Shown here: in pieces, positions 13,510 through 23,991 of the stretch | Layout of the letters: the number at the start of each line of letters is the position of its first letter | Position numbering within the stretch: position 1 is the first letter of the stretch | From: Takakia lepidozioides | Taxonomy: Eukaryota > Plantae > Bryophyta | Length of the DNA: 64,000 nt | Reading direction: 5' to 3' | NCBI GenBank assembly: GCA_030704615.1 | Contig: CM060731.1 | Span: 34,906,001-34,970,000, forward strand | Notes under the pieces: generated by a model | The model's database searches: none | What the model saw: the letters and a program-made list of their open reading frames with translations, nothing else | Told to the model about the DNA's origin: nothing | Position numbers and translations under genes: made by a program

Positions 13510-14110
13510 AATGTCACCCTCACCCTCTCTGACCCTCTGTAACCCATGTAACCCTCTGTGACCCTCTATAACCCTCACCAGGTGTAACCTTCACCACTAT
13601 GTAACCCTCAGTAACCTCAGTAACACCGTAGAGTGTCACCCTCACCCCTGTGTAACCTCACTCCATGACCCTCTGTGACCCTCTGTAACCCTCACCACCA
13701 TGTAACCTTCCGTAACCCGTTATCCCTCTGTAACACCGCTGAGTGTCACCCTCACTCCATATAACCCTCCCATGTAACCCTATGTCACCCTCTGTAACCC
13801 ATGTAATCCCATGACCCTCTGTAACCCTTTGTAACCCATGTAACCCTTTGTTACTCCGCGGGGTGTAACCCTCACTCCATGTTATCCTGCATCGTGTAAA
13901 CCCCAATGTAAGCTTGTATCATGTTATCCCATATACCCCTCCCGTGTAACTCCAGTTCCTCGTAACCCCATCATCCCTGTAACCCTCTGCACGTCAGCCC
14001 TTTAGCTCCGCCTCATGTAACCCTCATTGTGCAACTCTCACATTGTAACCCCACCATGTAACCCCGATACTGTATCAATCCCTCCGTGTAACCCCCGATT
14101 GTGTCACTCA
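13510..14110 (+). repeat. Internal TGTAACCC array resembling the left-TIR array
   Basis: Shares longer units with 4200-4800, e.g. CCCTCTCTGACCCTCTGTAACCCATGTAACCCTCTGTGACCCTCTATA and CACCAGGTGTAACC. Confidence 0.85.
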
Positions 14111-14384
14111 TAGGTCGTGCACCCCGGATCATTTATCCCCAACGCATGTCACCCCTGTTCGTGTAGCCCTTGGTGCCGGCAAAAATTGCGGGCTCCAAGA
14201 GGTGTCAGATATTTTGAATTCAAACCTGGGTTACACGATTCGGTGACATCAAAACCCACGTGTAACTCCGTCATCGCTCGTCATTTTCACCAGGTGCGTA
14301 GACGACGTGCAGTCCCAAGGGCTCCGTTGCGTTGCCCGCGTGTGTTATGCGATTTGTACTGTACTGGTGGTACTGTTGCTGCTA

Positions 14385-16835
14385 ATGGCATGTGCTGCCG
14401 CGAAGGTGCTAGACGAGGAACGCAAAGCAGCATTGGAATCAAATGGTTTGAAAGATGAGGCGGGAGAACTCTGTCATTTGCAGCATTTGGTATCTCATTT
14501 GAAATGCATCCTACAGCTGCCCATTAGACGGGCTTTTCAATCACACAAACCTCCGTTGGATACGCCAGGTTTCCCAGGGAAAATGGAAACGGATATCCAT
14601 CGAAGTAGCTGTCGTTCCATGGTCTCGTATTCCTGATTTTTTGGAGGGAGAAAGGAGTAGAGTGGATGGGAAGACCCAATTTTATGTTCAAGATCGAAGG
14701 TACCGTGAGTTGCCAGATTTGACAACACCGCGTGCAAACAGTTATCGTCAGTGGCATAAGTAAGTCACTTATGAGGGTTGTATAACATTCCCAGCCCCAC
14801 TTCTTTCTGCTGGCCTAGCAAAGTCGTATATGGCGATAACCCTCATCGCTTTATATGCTTTTTTTGCAGGTACCACTGCTGTTACGGCCCGATAGATAGG
14901 CGCACGGACCCGCCGATTGTGAAGAAGAAAGAAAAACCGATAGCAGCCTCCGATAATCAAAAACCAATCAAGCGAATCAGACATAAGGCAGCGGATTTCG
15001 GAGAGTCATACAAACGTGGGTATACGTGTAGCTTCAAAGTTGGCTAGTGTTTTCTAGATTCAGAGTTGGCAATCATCACATACTTCCAGAAACAGCATGT
15101 GGATGCAAAAGGAAAGTCATGTCATGGTTCAGCTGACCCCTCTTCCCATTTCTCGCGATTCATGCATGCCCCTCGTCTCAGCCAAGATATGAAACAGTGG
15201 ATCGTCGATAGTCTTCGCAGTGGCCTATCTCCAGCTATGATTATGACACAACACACTCAACAGCTCCAGGAAGCTTGTGCGTCTCAGCCACGCATGGAGT
15301 GGAGTCGCGATTGTTTCTTGTTCGAGTACGACGTGAGAAACATTGCCGACAAGCTTGCGATTGAGAGTTACAAAAAACATCCAGATGATGCACAAAGTGT
15401 ACGTATGTGGGTCGATAGCAATCCTGAAAGCGTCTTCTTCTACCATGAAGAGACAACGCCAGTGGCGGGTGATTTGAAGTTCGTAATTGGAATACAAACG
15501 GAGTGGCAAAAACAGAAAATGATCGACCTGGGACACAACCGTGTGGTATCCTGCGATGCAACATTTGGGACCAACGAAAATAAGGTATTCGTGTCACGCT
15601 TTACCTTTCATTGCATTCTGAAATGTGAGTGCCATGCAATTGTTTCCAATATTATAACACTCACCTTATTCATTTTTGTACCATTGCGACATTGCAGTTC
15701 CCAATGTATACCATGATGGTGTTCGACGAATGGCTCAACGGCATACCTGTTGCTTATATTATATCAGCGAGAAACAAAACGACTGACCTGAGCCCCTGGA
15801 TGAAACGTCTTCGCGACCGACTTCTTCAGAGCAAACCAGATTGGAGGCCAAATGCTTTTGTTGTCGACGATGCAGACGCATAAATCAATGCTATCAGGTA
15901 CACGGCTAGAAGTTACAATGTTCTGAGTCACACAGTAATTCACACTACAAGTTGCATGCACGAGGGGTTTCATGGATCGGGCTACACTGCTGCTAGTTAC
16001 ACTGAGAATCACAGTAAGAGTTAAACTGCCAGTTACACGAGGGGGTGCATTGCTGCCTGTAACACTTGGAGTTACACTGTCAGTTGCTTGAGGGGTTACA
16101 TAGATTAGGTTGCAGTGTTGTCTGTTACACTGAGGGTTACACTATCAGTTAGACAGATGGTTATACTGCCTTGAGTTGGACGGAGGGTTACACTGCTGTG
16201 AGTTAGACCGAGGGTTACACTGCTATGAGATAGACAGAGGGTTACACTGCGAGTTACACTGGGAGTTACACGGCGTGTCAACTGCAGTCCTGCATGGATT
16301 AGGTTGCACTGCTATAGCCTGTGAGTTACATTGGGATCATCGCAGAGGGTTGTATGGGTTGGGTCGCTCTGAGAGTTACACGGTGTAACATGGATTGCGT
16401 TACAGCGCTGCGAGGGGTTATGTGTGTTAGGTTACACTGCTGTGAGTTTCACTGATAGTTACATGACCAGATGCACGAGGGATTACATGAGTCACACTAC
16501 TAAGAGTGACACTTGGAAGAGTTACACTTCTACGAGTTACACTGCGAAGAGTTCCTCTAATAAGAGCTACACTGACAAGAGTTACACTGATGGATTGGGT
16601 GGCATTTGATGTGTGTGCGTGCAGGGAATCGTTTGGGGACGTAGCGATATTTCTATGCCTTTGGCATGTTCGCCGCGCTTGGCTGAAACATTCGTGGCGT
16701 AAGATGCCCGATCCATACACTCGCAATGTTGTTTTGAAACAGCTTGGCGACGTAATGTACGGCATTAACGCCTGTGTGGGAGTCACCCCAGAAGAGTGGG
16801 CGTTGGAGCGACTGGAAGATTTGAATTATTCCTAT
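14385..16835 (+). pseudogene. MULE DDE transposase, multi-exon, with stops/frameshift; 3'-truncated where it runs into the right TIR array
   Basis: YHCCYGPIDRR..KRGYTCSF..HVDAKGKSCHG; FVIGIQTEWQ..VSCDATFGTNENK|FPMYTMMVFDEWLNGIPVAYII..NAFVVDDADA*INAI|..FLCLWHVRRAW (D, D and CxxH motifs); the glutamate region and any SWIM finger are missing. Confidence 0.9.
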
Positions 16836-18243
16836 TACATGGGTTACAGAGGGTTACATGGCGGTGAGGGTGAGGGTTACAGAGGGTCAGAGAGGGTTAC
16901 ATGGAATGAGGGTTACATAGGGGTGAGGGTGACACTCTGCGGTGTTACAGAGCGTTACATGGTGGTGAGGGTTACAAAGGGTCACAGAGGGTTACATGGG
17001 TTACAGAGGGTTACATGGAGTGAGGGTTACATAAGGGGTGAGGGCGACACTCTGCGGTGTTAAAGAGGGTTACATGGGTTACAGAGCCACAGAGGGTTTG
17101 TGAGGGTTACATGGAGTGAGGGTTACATGGGATGAGGGTGACACTCTGCGGTGTCACATAGGGTTTGTGAGGGTTACGGAGGGTTACATGGTGGCGAGGG
17201 TGACACTCTGCGGTGTTACAGAGGGTTACATGGTGGTAAGGGTTACACCTAGTGAGGGATATAGAGGGTCACAGAGGGTTACATGGGTTACAGAGGGTTA
17301 CATGGCGGTGAGGGTTACAGAGGGTCAGAGAGGGTTACATGGAATGAGGGTTACATAGGGGTGAGGGTGACACTCTGCGGTGTTACAGAGCGTTACATGG
17401 TGGTGAGGGTTACAAAGGGTCACAGAGGGTTACATGGGTTACAGAGGGTTACATGGAGTGAGGGGTTACATAAGGGGGTGAGGGCGACACTCTGCGGTGT
17501 TAAAGAGGGTTACATGGGTTACAGAGCCACAGAGGGTTTTTGAGGGTTACATGGAGTGAGGGTTACATGGGATGAGGGTGACACTCTGCGGTGTCACAGG
17601 GGTTTGTGAGGGTTACGGAGGGTTACATGGTGGCGAGGGTGACACTCTGCGGTGTTACAGAGGGTTACATGGTGGTAAGGGTTACACCTAGTGAGGGATA
17701 TAGAGGGTCACAGAGGGTTACATGGGTTACAGAGGGTCACAGAGGATTTCATGGGTTACAAAGGGTTACAGAGGGTTACATGGAGTGAGGGTTACACTCT
17801 ACGGTGTTACAGAGGGTTACATAGGGTTACATGGGTTGCAAAGTGTTACAGAGGGTTACATGTAGTGAGGGTTACATAGGGGTGGGGGTGACACTCTGCG
17901 GTGTTATAGAGGGTTACATGGGTTACAGAGGGTTACAGAGGGTTACTGGTGGTGTGGGTTACACTCGGCGGAGTTACAGAGGGTTACATGGGGATGATGG
18001 TTGAACCCGGGGCGGGGGTTACAGGGAACCGGCGGATTGCTGGAAGCGGACTGGTGTCGCAGAACGACGACGCAGGGGGCGACGACGCCGATGGGATGAG
18101 GGCGGGGGTGGGGAGGGATTGACCGAGCCCAGCCGGCTGCCTTTCGATGTCTGCCGGAGGCGAAGAACTGGCGGTACGGGTGTCAGGGCTGGACCGTCCT
18201 GACGCGCTTGCATTAAGTTCTAACATTATTCCTATTATCTTCC
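16836..18243 (-). repeat. Right TIR: GGGTTACA tandem array with a ~439-bp higher-order duplication, plus the unique terminus
   Basis: Reverse complement of the left TIR; landmark GGAATGAGGG recurs at ~16902 and 17341, GAGGGATATAGAGGG at ~17254 and ~17693. Confidence 0.93.
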
Positions 18244-21045
18244 GCTGAGAATTAAGTGTAAATCCCTGTTTTCATGATCTATATATATATATATATAAGA
18301 GGAAACCTGGGAGCGACAGCCCACAAATTCAGGCCCTTGAGGAGGGGGAAAAATATCTATATTCATGTTGCGCAAGATCTAATCAAAATCCCAAATAATA
18401 CAGGGATGGCCCAAGTTTCTCTCAGCATTGCCATGTCTTTCTTAAGCCGATGAAGTCACATCTTGAGCAGCAGCTAGCGGCTGGCAGGCACACTCGAAGG
18501 GACAGTATGTCCTGTACATATATGGCCACATAATGATCAAGTCAGATGTAGTTGAATATTGGAAGGGTGAAGTAACATGAATAATTGAGAATGAGTTGAT
18601 CTGCTAGTCAAATTGGAATTGCTATCAGAGGTTCATTAACTTAATGTGTGTGTTGGCCATGGATTCACAAAAAGCTACATAAGAGTGGATTCAAGTGCAA
18701 TCCATCCATTCCATTCAACTATACTTAGCTGATATGTACATGCGACAAAGAGAGTCTGTAGTCTCTGAACGTATTTTCCCTAAAATAAAATAAAACCATT
18801 TAAAAAAAAAACCATTGAGAGAGTGACTCTGGACGAGGCATAACTTAGTTGGTGGGGTGGCTGCATCAAGAAGCTGGGCTACTACATTATTGGTTCCACC
18901 CGTCGATCCGTCGGCCTACTTTTTCTACCTACCGGACTTCCTACGTTGGTGCGCGTGGTCGGTAGCAAAAGAGTGGCGGTTGGGTGACCGTTCAGAGCAC
19001 CGGTGATTGCCGGTGGCTCAGTTTGAACAGTGCGGCGGCCCACATGGGGTGATGGGACGTGCATGGCTGGATGGGTACCGCGATCGACGCACACAAGAGG
19101 GGCCTGCCTTCCTGCCTCACATCACCACACTAGCCACCAGCCACCAGCAGAGACGAGAGGCAAAGAGACCAAGAGAAAGGTGTGTGATCGAGCGAGATAA
19201 GAGAAGAGAGAGTCTTCGGATTCAAGACTTAGCGTCGTTCAACCAGCTTCAGCGGCCGTTAAGGACGAGTCGTTCATCTAAGCAGTCGGAGTTTCTTTCA
19301 GTCTCGCAATATCTTTCGGTTTCTCGATCGACATCAGAAGGTTCCCACAGCTGCTTGAGTTTTGTACCATCATCGCATTCTGCGCCTGCACATTCGAGGG
19401 TGAGTGCATTCCCGGTTCCTCTGTTTCTGTTGGATGTTCTACTTATGAGTCGGTTGACAAGTTCTGTTCCCTCTGTTTCTGAAGTTTTGAGAGTAAAGAG
19501 TTTTATACAAGTTCTTGGTTTTTCATTTTGACGGAAATGTTTGGAACTGAAGTGCTGTCGGACTTGTTTTGAGTCTGTTGGAAGGGCAAGCTTCAATTCT
19601 CGTTGAAGCTGCCTACTATGAGCGTGATCACGTCCACCTTTGGGAAACAGAGAAACTACTTAGAGCTGATTGCATACATTGTGCATATCTGCCAAATGTC
19701 GGTGGTGTGTGCGGATAAAAAGAGGTTCTTAATTTGTACCGTCCTCTTCCGGGACAAGGAAATGTCTTCAGCCGCTTTGGCAGATCTGAGATGTGTTAAT
19801 CCTTTGTATAGTTTACTGAGCAGGAGAGGTTAACCATCATTATTGCACCATCGTGATGACTAACATCGGAGATATTCACTCTATGTTATTCATTTCGGTC
19901 GTCAGGGCTACTGTGGATACCAACTTATCATGTTCCTCCTGACCGCAATTCTCACAGCAAATTCATATGTTCCAGATACATGTAGAATCCACTTCTTTCA
20001 AGCGCTTTGAATTCAGTGTGACACCATTGCGCCTCCTAGTCCTTGATCAAGAAGAGACGTGTCATGGGGCATCTTTCATTGACATACTCCAAGAAGCTAA
20101 CGTTATATCCTCATTTCTACTGTCCTTATAAGCAGATTCCAGTGATTCTCCATTATGATGTCACTTTCACCCCTCATCGCAACTGGAATCAACTTATAAG
20201 GACCACTTCTTTCAGTATGTCTCACTATGCCATGGCACTACGTACGTAAGAGCCAGAGAGGTCTGGCAGTTCCATATGTGTGTGAGATGTTACTTTTGTC
20301 GTAGGCGAATTATATCAACTGGATCCGAGAGGGATCCGACAGAAACGACCTTCGTCGGAAGTGATTCCGCGTTACTAATGGTCACCTCTCTGAATTGAAT
20401 GTAAGCACTAAACCGTGCTTGAAGGATGCCAATACTTTTCCTCCGTTCAGGTAGATCCATACTATGTGAGAAACCCTTTCCACAACTGGTTTCATGGACA
20501 AATGTATGGAAGGATCTGTGTGAACGTTGAATTCCTGCGAGTGATCATTTTACAATCTATTGTTTGAGAACATGTACCTTCGTTGTAAAGAAACTATTGT
20601 TTGCTAAAATCAAGCCTATTTACAAGTGTAAGTAGAGCTGCTAAAATGCCATCTCTACGGCCATGAGGTTGGCTCTGCTGTACATCATGTGGTAAGCAGA
20701 TTACACTTTTCATGGAACACTCAGGAACCATTATTCTAGTCTGCTAGTGAGTCTGTGAATGATATTTAATTAATGACTGAAGTATGTGCAGATAACCTGG
20801 CAGTCTATCATATTAATAACGTATGTCTTTGCAATCAACTGCTGTAATTCCTGCTGCAGTGCAAACTTTTAAACAACTCAAGTTGTGAATTTCTTCTGAT
20901 TGCTCATGGTTGCACGCTCGAATTGTTCTGTTTCCCTCAGATTTCCCTCACATTTTCCTGAGTTCTCCCTCCGGTATGGTTCTTACTTTGACACGTTTTC
21001 TTAAAGTTAAAACACCATCCTTGTTGTCTGTGCACAGGTTAGATC

Positions 21046-22577
21046 ATGGCTGCTCTCTTCAGCCAACAAAGGTGTTCGGTCGCTGTGACTCTGTGCCTTA
21101 TATATTTCTTTTTCTTTCGGCAAACATGTGCCAAAACACTTACTGTTGGTGACACTTCTGGATGGACCGATTTTGATACTTCAATAGGTAGTGCACCAAA
21201 CTATGCGGCGTGGTCTTCGTCACAGAGCATCGAGATTGGTGACATCTTAGGTGATTCGGCTACACTCCTTGTAGTCTCGTAGCTGTTCATGCTATTTTTT
21301 AAGAGATTCTACTTTGTCCAGAGGACGTTTTATTCTCTCTTTCTCTTCAACTCTGTGGCTTACTCCCTCCACAGCGTTTCTTTAAGCTTGCTTCTTTGCT
21401 ATTCTAATCCACTCCAAATTGTAAGGATGATGTCTGCGCAGAACTCATGCTGATTTTTGTACCGTGACAGTTTTCACATTTCCAGCTGGTTTCCACAACG
21501 TTCATCTAATGTCGTCGAAAGCAGCCGTTGATAGTTGTGACTTTTCTCAAGCTGTCGAACTTGATGCTGGAAATGCTGGGTCCTATGCGGTAAACATCAG
21601 ACCTCCACTTCTGTTGCCCAGGGTTTGTCAGTTTGCAGCTGTCGCAATCCGATATTGCAATTCCTTTAAGGTTGTCCGCGTCTTTAGCTTGGCATCTGCT
21701 AACAACTCTGTTTGGTGTACATGTAGTGGAGGGCAACGACACCAGGCAACTACTTTTTCTCTTGCAACAAAGTAATCGAGGGTCTGGGCACACATTGCAA
21801 CATCGGTCAGAAATTGGCCATCTCAGTGACTGGAGGTGTCACCATCCCCGCATTTGCGCCTACATCACCGAGCGCTACGGCTCCTAGTGTCATCAGTACC
21901 CCAGCTCCTGCTTCCCAAGGCCCTTCTGTGCCGTTGGCTCCTGCCTTTGCACCCACCCTTGTCCCATCTGTCTCCCCGGTGGGCTCCCCTGCTCTGAGCC
22001 CTACCATAGTGCCTGTGCCGCCTGTTACTGCACCTGCACCCGCGTATGTGCCAGTATCAGCGCCATTGCCAAGTAGTCCTGCACCTGTTCCAGTGGCATC
22101 TGCCCCAACTCCCGCAGCTGCCAGTCCTGCACCCACTGCTGCACCCATTGCAAGTCCCCCAGCTCCCCCAGCAGTGCCATTCACATCACAGGCTGGAGCA
22201 CCTGGGCCGTCGTCACCCCCTCCTTCACCAGTAAGTTCTTCCCTGTAGCACCCATTGTTTGAGAGGGGACACTTTTGGTGTTTTTCAATTTCTGTATCTG
22301 TAATTATACGTCGCTGTATATTTTTGGCTAACTTGGTTAGATTATTTGTTTGAGACTGAGGACAATTCCCAAATCTGTGTTTTGACAAAATGAGCTGCAT
22401 CTAGAAATCTGGCGATTTGGATAGTGAGATTGTAGGATACTGTTCACGAATACTGTGAATAACTGTTCAATATTTCCTGTTGGTTGTTTTCTTGTACAGA
22501 GTGCTGGATTCAGGTTGTCTACACAGCCCTGGGCTGCAATAATTTGTGCTTCAGCTCTTTTGGTGCTACGTCTGTAG
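21046..22577 (+). CDS. Phytocyanin (stellacyanin-type blue copper protein) with Pro/Ala/Ser-rich AGP-like region and GPI signal; exons ~21046-21250, 21471-21589, 21727-22230, 22500-22577
   Basis: Signal peptide; TVGDTSGW..NYAAWS..IGDILVFTF..HNV..C..YFFSC..HC..GQK (ligands His, Cys, His, Gln); AP/SP repeats; hydrophobic C-terminal exon PWAAIICASALLVLRL*; probable 5'UTR intron 19399-21037. Confidence 0.9.
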
Positions 22578-23991
22578 AACTGCACTGCTGCCGGCCCAAA
22601 TTTTTTCAAGTTTGATACATCGTTGGGCATTTTGTATATCTCCTTGCTGGCAGTGATAACTTTCCACAGCAGGCTTATTTGTACAGGTCTACCGTGCCCT
22701 ACTAGGAATTATATTAGGAACTGCATTAATCGATTCTCCTTGTCCTAGTATATACACAATGCTCAAAAGTGACGGCATTTGCTTCACGAGAGTGCAGGAA
22801 TCGATGTGATCACACTTCCATTATGTTCAGACATTTCTTTATTTCAAATTATACATTGCTGATTTTAGCTCTATTTTAAGCCCTATTATCTCAGCTACTC
22901 AATGTAATTTTATGTGGGTTTCCAGCTGTAACTGCTCTTGGCTACAGTGGTAACTTAGAAGCGTAGCCGAACGAAGAGAAGAGAAGAGTCTTTGTGTTAG
23001 TCTTGTGTTACTTTCTTCTGAGCACAGTCCCGTTGTTGCTTTACCTTCGCATGTTGGGGACAGCGAGGGTCTGAGAGAAAGAAGACGAAATCGTTGGACG
23101 TGAAATTCTTCTTTCGATGTAGTTGGGGTTTTGTGCAGAACCGAATGGTCTTGGGTTCTACTCCCGATTAAGGACACATCCATTGGGTTGTGGCCTTCGA
23201 GCCCAACGGAAGTACCGGTTGAGTCCATGTCACGTGAAACCTGTTGTAGTGACAGTTACCGTTGACTCTTTCTCCCTCTGAAAACAAGTTGTGTTTCACA
23301 AAGGAGGATGAGGAGGATTTGGAGGAGGATTTGGCTTTCTCTCTCACTACAGAAGGGGATGGAAACCCCAGAAGTTTTGTTGAAAATTGTCTACAGTTCG
23401 TTGACCTTCAACTTGGCACCTCTCTCATTGAACTCTGTTGCTTTTCTGCAAAGTCTCCAGCCCAGGAAGGCAAACAGGACGAGTCCTCTCAACTAAATCA
23501 GATATGTTGAAGGATGTATAAATATGGAGGTGTATTGCGATCTCTCCATTCAAACTGCATCCTTAAGTCTACCCTAGTAAGGTATCATTTTCTGAGGAAT
23601 TCCCACATTTGAAGGATTTCCGGCACGACGAGAACAAGGCAGCAAGCTGACTGACCTATGTCTACAAGCAGGGAGGGAACGGGGAGAGGCATGTGCCTGG
23701 AAGGCAAGGGATGGAAGAAACCATGCCAGGCATATTAGGATTGACCCTACTTCTGTTTCAACTAGTATTAGGTCTTCCCTTGTGCTTTTTGAGCCAGCCT
23801 CATCTCACGGCGCACCTATTCCAGCACACAGCAAGGGAATGTCTTGTAAAGGCCTACAATTTTCCAAATCATCAGTTTGGCTTCCTGTGTTAATCTTTCT
23901 GTTGTTGCCTGTCTCGACCAAGGCTCACAGTGCCTGCTGAGGCTTGTTTCATGGGGTGAATTAACATCTGAGAAGAGGCTGTGGGACCATC

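Larger units (their letters stand above)
3568..18243. mobile_element. 14.7-kb Mutator-like (MULE) element with foldback-type long modular TIRs; non-autonomous
   Basis: Left end GGAAGATAATAGGAATAATG..(3568) is the reverse complement of the right end ..CATTATTCCTATTATCTTCC(18243). Identical 9-bp direct repeat GCTGAGAAT at 3559-3567 and 18244-18252. Contains a MULE transposase and an Ulp1 gene. Confidence 0.95.

Noticed and set aside
21807-22400. 197-aa Gly/Ala-rich minus-strand ORF
   Set aside because: Antisense shadow of the Pro/Ala-rich phytocyanin exon
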